A stretch of DNA of 64,000 nucleotides from Candidatus Azophilus sp. (GTDB lineage Bacteria > Pseudomonadota > Gammaproteobacteria > Pseudomonadales > Azotimanducaceae), in contig OZ244921.1 of assembly GCA_965221755.1 (NCBI GenBank), forward strand, positions 2,706,334 through 2,770,333. Direction: 5' to 3'. This document shows, one piece after another, positions 16,618 to 26,849 of this stretch (its first letter is position 1; the number at the start of each line of letters is the position of its first letter). Made by a program: the position numbers and the translations under genes. The notes below the pieces were generated by a model that worked only from the letters and a program-made list of their open reading frames with translations, was not told the origin of the DNA and searched no databases.

Positions 16618-19494
16618 TCAGAGATTCGCCATGGGCATGAACACGTAGACGCCGATCTTGTCGATCGGCAGCGCCGGGACGACGTTGTAGCGCAATCCCC
16701 GCGCATCGCTGGCCTCGCGGATGCGGCGATGGTCGGAGAGCAGGCGCGCGGCCCGCTCATGGACAACACGGTCGAAAGTATCTTCCAGGGCAGGCAACGA
16801 GTCGAGCGCCTGGCGAATGAGGTGGGATTTTTGACCATCCGGCATGTTGCGGCCCGGTTCCAGCGCCAGCAGAGACAGGGCGTCCTCATCGGCCAGGAGC
16901 TCGGTCGCATCGGCGCCCCGGACGGCGAGGGCAAGGCATTCCTCGGCGAGAAGCGACCGCAAGGGGGCGTAGCGGCCGTCGCTCGCGCGGCGTTCGATCT
17001 CGATCTGGCTGCGCAGCCGCAACAGGTAGAGCACCGTGCGGGTATCGACGCCCCGCGTGAAGATGGCGCTGCATCGGGCGCCGATTTCCGGCGAGCCGGC
17101 GTCGAGCGCCTGCTCGACCACATGATCCGCAAGCGTAGCGACCAGCGGATGGGCGCGGTGGATGTAAGCCGCTCCGGCTGGCGCCGGCTGCTTGAAGGCG
17201 ACGTTGGCTGCCGCTGTGAATCGGATCGCTTCGAGGCGGTCCTGAAGCGGCTTGGGCAGGTAGGCCGTCGGCAGCCGGAAGTAGCCGTCTCGCGTATCAA
17301 GCGGTGCGCCGAGACGCGCGGCGGACAGGCGCACGAAACGGGCGACATCGTCCGGTCCGCCCAGCACGGAGACGGCCTTGCGCCATTCGGGTAGCACGTC
17401 GTCCGGTGTCAGGCGCCGCTGCGCGAAGACCGTGCGCGTCATCCGGTTGGTCGCCGTTTGCCAGGCATCGTCCACCTCGGCCTCGGTGTCGCCGAAATCG
17501 AACACGGTCTGCGCGGCCTGGGAGTGGGAGCCGCCGTGAAGCAGGACGGCCTTCATGATGGCATCCACCACCTTGTTGTTGTCGGCCGGTAGCGGAACGG
17601 AAACGCCCAGTTCCTTGCGGATCTTCTCGGCCTTGCGGAGGATCACGCGCAGCACCGCGCCGTCCACCGGATTGTTCTCGCCGTAGAGCATCAGCGCCCG
17701 AACCGTGCGGGAGGCTTGCCCGAAACGGTCGGCCCGGCCCTCGCGCTGCTCGTGGCGGGTGGGGTTCCAGGTCAGGTCGTAATGGACCACCGCGTTGAAG
17801 TGGTTCTGCAGGTTGACGCCTTCCGAGAGGCAGTCGGTAGCAACGAGTACGGGTGCGATTTCTTTCTCGAGATCCGAAAACGCCCCGACCCGTTCCTCAC
17901 GCTGGTCGGGCGTGAGTTCTCCGGTCACCACGGCGACATGGGCCTGACCGGGACTCAAGGCCCCTTTGAGTTGCTCGCCGACGTAATGCGCGGTGGCGAT
18001 GTAGCGGCAGAACACGACCGGGCGGAACCCGTCGCGCACCAACTGCGCAACCTCGTCGATGAGCGTCTTGAGCTTGGGATCGTTGCGCGGGCCGCGTAGC
18101 GCGCCCGCGCGGTTGATGAGTGCGCGCAAGGCTTCGGCGTCTTCTGCCCCCTCGACAGTGCCAGCGGGCACGCTCTCCGCCAGCGAGAGCGAATCATCCT
18201 CCGTTTCATCCATGACCGTTTCGGCCGCCGTCCGGTCCAGGCTGTCGAGTTGCGCCTGTTCGGTCTCGCCCTCGGCGGCCTGCAAGCGCGTGCGCAGCGC
18301 CAGTGACGCGGCGGCGGGGCTGGAGGACGCACAGCGCAGCAACGCGAGCGCGGCCCACCAGGACATCCGCTGCTGAAGCCGGGTGCCGCCCTCTGCGCGT
18401 CGGACCATGGTCCGGGCGTAGGCAAGCACATCGTCGAACAGGCGGCCCCATGCGCCGGTCAGCCGGTAGGTCGCCTCGCGGCTTTCGCGAACCGGGAAAC
18501 CGGCATCGTCCTTCCACTCGGCGATGTCGCCGCGGCGGCGCTGCACGAAATGCAGCGCGAGCCGGTCGCGAAGGCGGCGGCGCAGTTCGCCCTCGGGCAT
18601 TTCCGCCAGCTCCACGAACTTCGGGTCCAGCAGGGCCAGCAGGTTGTGAAACGCCGTATCGTCGCCCGAATGCGGCGTGGCCGTGAGGAAGACCATCCCG
18701 CGAAGCGGCTCGCTTTCGGCCAAACCCTTGAGAAGCTGGTAGCGCTGGTGGCGGGTGCTCGTGTTCGCCTGCATGCAGGCGTGGGCCTCGTCCACGATGA
18801 CGAACTCCGGGCAGGCCCGCAGGAAGTCGCCGCGCCTGCGGTCGGACTTGATGTAGTCGAGTGACACGACCGTGAAGGGATGAACCTCGAACAGCGACTC
18901 GTCCGGGCGCAGACCCCGCTCCAGGCGGGTGGCCGTTCCAGTGCGCACGACCTCGGCGTCGATGCCGAACTTCTCCGAGAGTTCCTGCTGCCATTGCTCG
19001 CACAGGTGGGGCGGGCATATGATTGCGAGCCGCTCGATCTCTCCGCGATCGAGGAGTTCCCGGGCGATCAGCCCGGCCTCGATGGTCTTGCCGATGCCGA
19101 CATCGTCGGCGACGAGCAGCCGCACCGTGTCGAGCTTCAGCGCCATGAGCAGCGGCACGAGTTGATAGGCGCGCGGTTCGACATTGAGGTTGCCGAAGCT
19201 CCGGAACGGCCCGGCGCCGGCGCGTAGCTTGAGGCGCAGCGCGTCCCGCAGGAGAAGCGCGGCGTCGTGCGGACCCGGTTTTTCGGGATCCGGCAGATCG
19301 AACGTGGCGGGCGCGGGCGCTTCGGGTTCGAGTGGAAGATAGATGAGGGCGGCGTCATCCTCGGCGCCGCCGAGCGGCCGGAGCTTCAGGAGGTTTTCGC
19401 GCGTCTCCGGCAGCACGACCCATTCCCGGTCGCGCGCCCTGACCAAATCCCCGGGTTTGAACGCGACAGCAGTTTCCGTTGCCATGTCCGGCAT
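16618..19494 (-). CDS. SNF2-family ATPase/helicase (DrmD-like)
   Basis: 958 aa. YQLVPL...LLVADDVGIGKTIEAG (motif I), VIVDEAHAC (DEAH), VATDCLSEGVNLQ, HEQREGRADRFGQ (motif VI). Confidence 0.85.
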   Translation of the reverse strand: MPDMATETAVAFKPGDLVRARDREWVVLPETRENLLKLRPLGGAEDDAALIYLPLEPEAPAPATFDLPDPEKPGPHDAALLLRDALRLKLRAGAGPFRSFGNLNVEPRAYQLVPLLMALKLDTVRLLVADDVGIGKTIEAGLIARELLDRGEIERLAIICPPHLCEQWQQELSEKFGIDAEVVRTGTATRLERGLRPDESLFEVHPFTVVSLDYIKSDRRRGDFLRACPEFVIVDEAHACMQANTSTRHQRYQLLKGLAESEPLRGMVFLTATPHSGDDTAFHNLLALLDPKFVELAEMPEGELRRRLRDRLALHFVQRRRGDIAEWKDDAGFPVRESREATYRLTGAWGRLFDDVLAYARTMVRRAEGGTRLQQRMSWWAALALLRCASSSPAAASLALRTRLQAAEGETEQAQLDSLDRTAAETVMDETEDDSLSLAESVPAGTVEGAEDAEALRALINRAGALRGPRNDPKLKTLIDEVAQLVRDGFRPVVFCRYIATAHYVGEQLKGALSPGQAHVAVVTGELTPDQREERVGAFSDLEKEIAPVLVATDCLSEGVNLQNHFNAVVHYDLTWNPTRHEQREGRADRFGQASRTVRALMLYGENNPVDGAVLRVILRKAEKIRKELGVSVPLPADNNKVVDAIMKAVLLHGGSHSQAAQTVFDFGDTEAEVDDAWQTATNRMTRTVFAQRRLTPDDVLPEWRKAVSVLGGPDDVARFVRLSAARLGAPLDTRDGYFRLPTAYLPKPLQDRLEAIRFTAAANVAFKQPAPAGAAYIHRAHPLVATLADHVVEQALDAGSPEIGARCSAIFTRGVDTRTVLYLLRLRSQIEIERRASDGRYAPLRSLLAEECLALAVRGADATELLADEDALSLLALEPGRNMPDGQKSHLIRQALDSLPALEDTFDRVVHERAARLLSDHRRIREASDARGLRYNVVPALPIDKIGVYVFMPMANL

Positions 19495-22400
19495 CAGCCG
19501 TTTCCGTTCATCGATGGGGTACCCGATCCGAACACCCAGGCATACCGGTCGACGATGCCCGGCCAGGATGAGCGGTCGGCCGGGAAGCGCACCACGGTGT
19601 AGCCGGCGTCGACGAGGCGGCGGTCGATAGCTTCGTCGGCGCTGTCCCGGACCGCCCCTTGATGTTGTGGACCGTCAACGTAAACCAGGATCTGCGAGTC
19701 GGTGTAGGCGAAATCGGGGCGGGTCGCGTAGATTTCGAGCAACGGCTGAGCCTTGTCCGGCAAGCGATAGCCATTCGACTCGATGAAACGCAGCCACGCC
19801 TTCTCCAGGGAGGACGATGAAACGTTCAACAGTTCGTTGTAGCTGTCGCCGGCGGCAACTTCGTGCTCCAGACTCTTGCGCGAACTGCGCGTGAACCGGC
19901 AAAGCAGTTCGAGCATCTCGCCGTCTTGCCGGTCGATAAGGGGATGCTCCGGCTGGTTGTAGTAGCTCAACAGGCAGCGGTAGCAGCCGGCTTCGCAATC
20001 GGTGTCGAGATTCTCAAGATCGTCCGCTCCGGACCACTCGCCCGACTTCGAGGAGTAATGGCAAACTTCCAGAGCGCGGCGGGCAATGCGCGCCAAGGCC
20101 TCGGGGTCGGTGGCCAGACGCGTCAGGACGCCCGCGCCTCCCTCGGCGGCTTCGTAAAGCAGGACCGTCGCACGGTTGTCCCTGTCGGGCAGGGGCTCGG
20201 CGGCCAGTTCGGCCTCCTCCAGTTGAAACTCCTGCTCGATGCCCCGCTTGAGAGCGTACTGCAGAGAGACCATGGCGGTTTCGGACAAATTGACCGCTGG
20301 ACGCACGACGAGGACGTTCCGTGTGTCCTCGACGAAGGGTGTGATGCGCTCGACCGTCTTGCCCTCGCGCACGGCGTCGTCTTCGGCATCGGTCGGCGCC
20401 TGGGCGTCCTTGCTCCATTCGCCGGTGTTGGTGTCCACGCTGAAGCCGTAAACGGTTTTCTCCCTGCGCCGCCGCCATCCCAGGTTGATGCGCCACAGCA
20501 TGGCCGCCGGGCCATAGCGGAGTTCCATCAGCGTCTCGCCGCCCTCCTCGATGGCGATGCCCTCGGCCCGCGCCCGGCCATTTTCCTCGCTGAACCGGAG
20601 GGTTGTAATCATTTCGTAGCCTTGTCGCTGGCGTTCCTCCTCGTCCGAGGTGATGCGGTTCGCGCGCTGGGTCGAGACCTGCTCGATACGATACAGATTC
20701 GGAACGATGCGCCCGCCGTCGAGACGGGCGCCGCAACTGACGCAGCGCTCGTAGTCCTTCTGATCCCCGAAATGCCCGTAACCGCAAGCGGGACAGAGGC
20801 GGGCCGCCTGTACGGGGAGCTTGGCGGATGCCCTCACTCCGCCCTCGTCGCGCACCGAGAGAATGGCGCGCCGCACCCGATAGGTGCTGCCTTCGTGATA
20901 GATGATGGACTGGGGCCCGAACTCGGTGAGTCCGAGGAACCGCGGACGGCTCAGGAAGGCGTCGCGAGCCACCTTCTCGCGGCGGCCGGGAACGAAGGCC
21001 ATCAGCGGCAGGCGCGGGAAGTTGTATCCCGGCAGAAACCCCTCGGCGGCCAAATAGCGGTAGGTGTAGAAGTCCGAGTTCATGGTCGGCCTGCTGTCGA
21101 GGAGCAGGTTCTGCTGCGTGTACGCCTCGTCGTAACGCGCCTTGGCCTCCCTGCGTTCCCGTTCGGTGGCGGCGGCGTTGTTGACGACATCGTTTGCGAA
21201 CTTCATCTGGTTCGAGGTCGCGCGGTAGAGGGAACGCCATCGGTCGAACGATTTGTGGAAGCGGCGTTCGGCGGAGTTCATCGTGCCATCGAGCCACGTT
21301 TCCGTGTGCCAGGGCGCGGCCTGCCCGGAGAGGTCGGATGTGAGAGTGGACAGAATGCGCTTCCCTCGCCGCCCGGCCGCGGCCACGGCCCGGTCGGCGC
21401 CCACTTGCAGTGCGACCTCCTCATGCACGGGAAGGTTGTCGAGCCTGTCCATGTCGAGCACTTCGCGCACGGAATAACCGAGCTTTACGCCCGTCTCCGC
21501 GAGCCAGACGGCCTGTAGGTGGCTGCGGATCAGGTCCTCGTTGGCGAGATCGATGTTGGGCGGATTGACCGCGCCGGCCACCATGCGTGTCGGATCGGAG
21601 AAGAAGTACTGGTCGTGCGGCGACCTCGCCGCGCAATAGGTGACCACCAGCGCCGGCTGGCCGCTGCGGCCCGCCCGTCCGCTGCGTTGGGCGTAGTTCG
21701 CCGGAGTCGGCGGCACGTTGCGCATGTACACCGTGTTGAGCGTGGAGATGTCGACGCCGAGTTCCATGGTCGGCGAACAGAAAAGTATAGGCAGCCCGGC
21801 GGGCTCGACCTGGCCGTCGACGACGCGCTCGCCCTCCAGTCCCTTGCGGAAACGCGCTTCCCGCACCTCGCGCACGTCGGAGTCGACCTGGGCGGTGTGT
21901 TCGCGCGCCTCAAGCTGGTGCAGCAGGCGGTCGTCGCTGACCAGGAGACCCGCGACGTTGCGGTAGAGGCTGCGGAAAAACGCATTGGTCGGCGTGCTGT
22001 CTTCGGAAGCCTCGTCGGCCAGACGCCATTCGAGCACCGAGCCGTCGATGCGGTAGCCGGTGCGTTCGGCGTCGAGGCCCGCGGGTTCGACGTAGCCGTG
22101 GGTCGTCAGCACGGCAAGTACATCGTCGATGAGATCGTTGTACACGCCCTCGTCGAACCTGGACGGATAGCACGGATTTTCCGCTCCCCAGAACGCCTGG
22201 GACTTGATCTTGCGGCCGAATGCGGAGCGGTGGGAGACATGGAGGGTGCGGAACTCGTCCCGGCGGCCGCCGCGGCTCGGTCTGGGGACCATGAAGGCAT
22301 GCGTGAAAAGGCGTTCGTCCTCCGACAGGCCCCAGGGTTCCCTCAACTCGTTGAAGCTTCGATTGCGGATCCGCTCCTGAAAGTTCGGATCGAGATAGAT

Positions 22401-24761
22401 CGTCTTGATGCAGAGCGCCCGGCGCATGCGCTCCAAAAGATCGTTAACGAGAGCGAAGCGGCGTTCGGGCGAAATGGAGCCGAGCAAGGGGTGGCGTTTT
22501 CGCCATTCCTCCTCGTCCCGGCAGCAGTCCATGAGATCCCGGTATTCGATCTTCAGCAGCCGCAACTGCTCGAGATTCGGGTTGGTGATGCGCCAGCCGC
22601 GTTGCAGATCGAAATACAGCCGATACCCGAGCACGTCGCGCAGCGCCTTCAGCGTGTTCTGGGCCTTGACCCCCTTGGCCTGGGGGTTGGATGCGTAGTC
22701 CGCCGGATCCAGACGCAGGCAATCGAGGACGCGTTGCGTGAGCATGTCGTCGGTCAGGCGCGCTCCGTCGGCGGTCGGGATGGACGCGAGCAGGGCGCCA
22801 CGCAAGAGCAGAATCTGTATGAAGTCATTGAAATGCCCGGCCTGGAGGCTGGCGTCCTGCCGGTTGTCGGTGAACGCAAGGAGCTTTTTCGTCCGCTCGT
22901 CGAGGTCGGCTCCGATGAGATGCTTCAGCGAGGACAGCGCCAATACGGTGGTTGCCGAACTCCGGCCCTCGCTGGACAGGCCGGAGAGCTTGGTGAGCTC
23001 GCTGCGAACGCTGCCGTCGAAATAGGCGTCGCAGTCCGGATTCAGGCAAAAGCGGAACGGTCCAGGAATGAACCGCGCCGGCAAACCGTCCGCGGCCACG
23101 CCGCCCGTGGTGTCGACGTGGACGGAGAGCGGGCTGTACTTGCGGAAATGGGGCTTGATCCGGGCCTGGTCGTCGCGAAACTCCAGCCACTCCTCCGGAT
23201 ATCGGGAATCAGATTCGGTCGAATCGAACACGCCGGAAGGGTCGGGCATCAGGTAGCCGTACTGGATTTCGTCGTCGTCGTTGGAGCGTTCCGACAGGTC
23301 GCGCGGTTTAAATTCCTGCGGTTGCTTACCGGCCAGTTTCGCCCAAACGGGCAGGTATTCCTGGCCGCACCCCCTGCAAAAGCTAAGCGAGTACAGCGGG
23401 CGCTGGCGGTCGCCGGGCTTGAATTGCTGGCCGTGCAACGTGATGTACCGTTCGCCTGGCGCTTCGAGAGTCGAATACGCGTTCCAGGCGCCGCTGATGA
23501 ACTGATGCAGGCGGAACGCGAAGAAACTCGCGCCGCGCTCGTTACGGCTGCGGTGCGCGGCCAGCAGGAAGCTCGCGAGGTAGTTTCGGCACAGCCCGTC
23601 ATCAAGGCCGCTCTCGTTCGCCAAACGGCTCGAAGCGTCCAGCAGGGTCAGGGGCCGCGAAATCCGCACAATCCTGCCGTCGCGTTCCTCGAGGCCGAGA
23701 TTGCGCTCCACCCAAGCGGCTGCGGCGTGTTCCGCAAGATGCTCATGGGTGGGATCGTCCGGGACACCTTGTTCGATGGCGGTGCGCAGCTCGGACCCGG
23801 TCGGAGATGGACTGGAGCTGGTCACCGGGCTCAGCGTCTCGGTAACAACGTTCCCGGGATCGACGGAAACGCCGAACAAGCGGCTCGCCACGCACGCGAT
23901 GGTCGTGTTCCGCTCTTCAAGAGAGCCTTCGGTGGCCATGGTTGCGGAGGTGCCTATGCACAGCAGACGGTCGTTGAAACGCTCGCGCACCCGCCGCACC
24001 AGCATGGCGACATCGGCGCCCTGGCGCCCGCGATACGTATGCAGCTCGTCCAGAACCAGGAAGCGAAGCCCCGCCGCGTGTTCGCGAACCGCCTTGTCGG
24101 TTTCGTGGAAGCGCGTCATGAGCAATTCCAGCATGACGTAGTTGGTCAGCAGGATGTCGGGCGGGTTCTTGGCGATGCGCTCGCGCTCCTCGTTCGATTC
24201 CTGTCCGGTATAGCGCGCAAAAGTAACCGGCTCCCCGCCTTCGCCGTAGCCGAGGCGCAAATATCGCTCCAGCTCTTCGCGCTGGCTGTTGCACAGGGCG
24301 TTCATCGGATAGACGACGATGGCGGTGATGCCCTTGCGGGCGTCTCCCGCCCGCTTGGCGCGCAGCACGTCATCGACGATGGGAATGAAATAGGCGAGCG
24401 ACTTGCCGGAACCGGTGCCGGTGGTGAGCACGTAGCTTTCGCCGCGTTGGGCGATCTCTATCGCGTCGGTCTGGTGGCGATGCAAGCGAAGCCGTTTGCC
24501 AAACGTGTCGGCGGGATGCTTGAGCCGGAAGATTTTCGCGCACTCCTCATCGAGCACGCCGTCGGCGACGAGGTCGTCGATGTATCCGCCCGGCTTGAAA
24601 TTGGGATTCAACTGGATGAGTGGAGCCGGCCAGAAACGACCGGCGTCGTATTCCGAGTCCACTGTCCGGGAGATGTCCTCGGAGCGGATTCGGGTAAAGC
24701 TTCGGGAGAATCGTGCGTACTCGGCGATGAGTTCCTCGCGAAACGCGAATACGTCCATCAC
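19494..24761 (-). CDS. DExH helicase fused to a DUF1998 Zn-ribbon module and a C-terminal DUF559/Vsr-like nuclease domain (DrmA+DrmB-like / DruE-like)
   Basis: 1755 aa. GTGSGKS (115-121), DELH (238-241), SAT (272-274), [10 protein letters not shown] (1025-1034). DUF1998 signature: [21 protein letters not shown] (1323-1343), [12 protein letters not shown] (1589-1600). DUF559-like part: [29 protein letters not shown] (1681-1726). AAGGA SD before GTG/ATG 24761/24758. Confidence 0.85.
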   Translation of the reverse strand: MMDVFAFREELIAEYARFSRSFTRIRSEDISRTVDSEYDAGRFWPAPLIQLNPNFKPGGYIDDLVADGVLDEECAKIFRLKHPADTFGKRLRLHRHQTDAIEIAQRGESYVLTTGTGSGKSLAYFIPIVDDVLRAKRAGDARKGITAIVVYPMNALCNSQREELERYLRLGYGEGGEPVTFARYTGQESNEERERIAKNPPDILLTNYVMLELLMTRFHETDKAVREHAAGLRFLVLDELHTYRGRQGADVAMLVRRVRERFNDRLLCIGTSATMATEGSLEERNTTIACVASRLFGVSVDPGNVVTETLSPVTSSSPSPTGSELRTAIEQGVPDDPTHEHLAEHAAAAWVERNLGLEERDGRIVRISRPLTLLDASSRLANESGLDDGLCRNYLASFLLAAHRSRNERGASFFAFRLHQFISGAWNAYSTLEAPGERYITLHGQQFKPGDRQRPLYSLSFCRGCGQEYLPVWAKLAGKQPQEFKPRDLSERSNDDDEIQYGYLMPDPSGVFDSTESDSRYPEEWLEFRDDQARIKPHFRKYSPLSVHVDTTGGVAADGLPARFIPGPFRFCLNPDCDAYFDGSVRSELTKLSGLSSEGRSSATTVLALSSLKHLIGADLDERTKKLLAFTDNRQDASLQAGHFNDFIQILLLRGALLASIPTADGARLTDDMLTQRVLDCLRLDPADYASNPQAKGVKAQNTLKALRDVLGYRLYFDLQRGWRITNPNLEQLRLLKIEYRDLMDCCRDEEEWRKRHPLLGSISPERRFALVNDLLERMRRALCIKTIYLDPNFQERIRNRSFNELREPWGLSEDERLFTHAFMVPRPSRGGRRDEFRTLHVSHRSAFGRKIKSQAFWGAENPCYPSRFDEGVYNDLIDDVLAVLTTHGYVEPAGLDAERTGYRIDGSVLEWRLADEASEDSTPTNAFFRSLYRNVAGLLVSDDRLLHQLEAREHTAQVDSDVREVREARFRKGLEGERVVDGQVEPAGLPILFCSPTMELGVDISTLNTVYMRNVPPTPANYAQRSGRAGRSGQPALVVTYCAARSPHDQYFFSDPTRMVAGAVNPPNIDLANEDLIRSHLQAVWLAETGVKLGYSVREVLDMDRLDNLPVHEEVALQVGADRAVAAAGRRGKRILSTLTSDLSGQAAPWHTETWLDGTMNSAERRFHKSFDRWRSLYRATSNQMKFANDVVNNAAATERERREAKARYDEAYTQQNLLLDSRPTMNSDFYTYRYLAAEGFLPGYNFPRLPLMAFVPGRREKVARDAFLSRPRFLGLTEFGPQSIIYHEGSTYRVRRAILSVRDEGGVRASAKLPVQAARLCPACGYGHFGDQKDYERCVSCGARLDGGRIVPNLYRIEQVSTQRANRITSDEEERQRQGYEMITTLRFSEENGRARAEGIAIEEGGETLMELRYGPAAMLWRINLGWRRRREKTVYGFSVDTNTGEWSKDAQAPTDAEDDAVREGKTVERITPFVEDTRNVLVVRPAVNLSETAMVSLQYALKRGIEQEFQLEEAELAAEPLPDRDNRATVLLYEAAEGGAGVLTRLATDPEALARIARRALEVCHYSSKSGEWSGADDLENLDTDCEAGCYRCLLSYYNQPEHPLIDRQDGEMLELLCRFTRSSRKSLEHEVAAGDSYNELLNVSSSSLEKAWLRFIESNGYRLPDKAQPLLEIYATRPDFAYTDSQILVYVDGPQHQGAVRDSADEAIDRRLVDAGYTVVRFPADRSSWPGIVDRYAWVFGSGTPSMNGNG

Positions 24762-24768
24762 TTTTCCT

Positions 24769-25557
24769 TCATCGGCACGGCCTCAAAGCATACGTCATAC
24801 TGGAAGCTCCCGAAATACGAGGAAATCCCATTGTCAACCTGAGCGTTCCGGGCAGCGCGATGCGCTTGCCGGACAACCTTGGAATGACTAGATTCGGATC
24901 AAAGTGATTCGGAGACGATTCCGCGACATTAAGGGTGTCGGCTGCACCGTAACCCTGCCATCGTCCAACTGTCGGTCGCTGGCTTCCCGGAGGGCCGTTG
25001 GGGAAACGATCCGCTAATTCGCCTTGCAGTTGCTTCAGGCGCCGTCTTTGCGCCTTAGTACCTCGATAGTGACCTTCGAAATCTCGTGGGCGCTTCGCCG
25101 CAATAACTCGTTCTCGTATTTGGTCAGCATTCGGGGAGCGGGCGAGATACCGAGCTTCCGATTGAGTAAGTCGATCGAAGGGGTGGCCGAAGTAATCCCT
25201 CCACCATTGTTCAAGGGCTTTTCCATGGTTCTCCCTCAACTCTTTGAGTTGTTCATCACGAAGTGCAAGTCTAGCGGAATAGGGCTTCCCTGTTAACACC
25301 ACCGCCGCTGCCACGAATCCTCCTTGATTGACAATGTGCCCGCGCAAATTAGCAAGAGTGCCACCCTGTCCAACGAAGTCATCAATTAGGACATAGGTTT
25401 TGCCCCGCTCCACCACCCCTGTGAACAATGCTTGACGGGCAAGTCGGCCATATCCGTCTGCTCCGGTATGCGAGACGATATTGCTTTGCCAAATGTCAAC
25501 CGCATAGTCGCTACCTGACTGCTCGCTAATGATCCGAGCCAAGGCCGAAGGGAGCAT
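24769..25557 (-). pseudogene. phosphoribosyltransferase-fold domain protein, probably 5'-frameshifted and truncated
   Basis: PRPP-loop-like YVLIDDFVGQGGTLANL. The N-terminal continuation lies in another frame (tail of ORF 25526..26236: ...LAAVHAHESNLN / MLPSALARIISEQ). The last ~80 codons run through an AT-richer stretch. The stop TGA (24769-24771) abuts the helicase SD. Confidence 0.5.
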
Positions 25558-25740
25558 TCAAATTCGATTCATGGGCATGCACGGCGGCGAGTGTGGGGCT
25601 CCCTGCACTGGCATGCGCTTGAAAGAACCGCAATACTCGCGTGATGTCAGCGGGAACCAACATGCTTTTCAGCATTGTTGCCGCAGCATCGGCATCACCA
25701 GCTTTTGATACGGAGTATAGCGGGTCATGCTTTCGATGGA

Positions 25741-26236
25741 GCGCATGTGCTCGAACATGCGCGTGCGGGAGCCGAGCCGTTCCCTGGCCCGCCGCCACCA
25801 GGGTGACGGCGAGCACTTGGCGGAAGTGCTCGGTTCCGCCGTCGTTGCGCTGGCGCGTGGAGCGGTTCGGGCAGTGGATCTTGCGGGAGCGGAAGCATTC
25901 GGTGCCGTCGAGGGCGCCGGCGGCGTCGAGTTCCGTCACGAGGCCGGTGAACAGCGCGTTGAAGTGCGTCGGCGGAGCCCCGTCGAGCGTCCGCCGGACA
26001 GGGTCGCCGCTGGGGATGCGGCGTAGGCCGAACAGGGTTTGGGCGTTCGAGTTGCCCTGCCGGACGGCGAGCGCGCGCTGATGGGACGGGAAGGACGGCG
26101 ACCGCATGGGGAACACCGACAGCGCCGCCAGACCGATGTGCGCCATGGCGTGCTGCCGGTTGCGGCCGCAGCGGGGTTCCGGCAGTTCGGCCAGATGGCC
26201 GCGCAGCCGGTCGGGATGGCGCTCTAGCCGGCGCAT
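25741..26236 (-). pseudogene. DDE transposase N-terminal fragment (ISKra4-like by recollection)
   Basis: LPEPRCGRNRQHAMAHIGLAALSVFPMRSPSFPSHQRAL...NAQTLFGLRRIPSGDPVRRTLDG..DGTECFRSRKIHCPNRSTRQRNDGGTEHF. There is no DDE catalytic core. It is fused in frame to unrelated sequence after about residue 165. Confidence 0.45.
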
Positions 26237-26736
26237 CCGTCCCCGGCGGCTGCGCGTCGACGGCCAGCAGCGCGGCGAGCACCGCCAGCCGCTCCGGGGC
26301 GGGCATGTCCCGGCAGCGGCGCGCCCAGCGCCGAGGGATAGCCCGGGACCATGACCGCGCAGAGCAGCCCGCGCAATGGCGCCAGCAGCGCCTCGTGGTC
26401 GGCGTCGGCGTAGTCGTGCCGGCGGCGGGCGGACTTGCGGGCGCTTTGCAGGTACGGGGGATCGCTGTGGATCAGCTCGGAACCGTCAAAGGGAAACCGG
26501 GACAGGAAGCGGTGCGCGCAACCGCGCATCCGCTCCACCGGATAATCGCAGGCGAAACGCGCCAGTGCCGCACCGTCCCGATAGATGCCGATGCTGCGCA
26601 GCGCGGCGGGCTTGCGCCGCATGATCGCGCCGCCGCCGAGATGCGTCTCGATGTGGACCGAATGCGGCGGCATCAGCGCAATCAGCGCCTGGCACAGCCC
26701 GGAGGCCACCTTGCAGCCGAAATGCCGATTGCCCAT
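26224..26736 (-). pseudogene. Dam-like (D12 class) N6-adenine DNA methyltransferase, 3'-truncated
   Basis: HIETHLGGGAIM (FxGxG-like), SELIHSDPPYL (DPPY), AVMVPGYPSAL. The normal C-terminus is missing and the reading frame degenerates into a Gly/Ala/Arg tail where the transposase fragment begins. Confidence 0.55.
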
Positions 26737-26849
26737 GCCCGCGGCCGTTTTGCCTCGACCGCCCCAACATGGACAAACCGCGCTATGATGTTAAGCCGTT
26801 CGGGACGGACGCCGCGGCGGAAACGCCGAAAAAGTCAAAATGAGAATTG

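Noticed and set aside
14567-17348. ORFs 14567..15775 (+), 15675..17348 (-, other frame) and 15800..16648 (+) inside the MTase/SNF2 genes
   Set aside because: They are alternative-frame or antisense shadows with no motifs. The frames I annotated carry the NPPW and DEAH signatures.
21519-24842. 1107-aa plus-strand ORF opposite the helicase gene (also 19863..21518, 551 aa)
   Set aside because: This is a shadow ORF of a high-G+C gene. It is Arg/Ala/Gly/Val-rich with no motifs, and it lies entirely antisense to an ORF with clear helicase and DUF1998 signatures.
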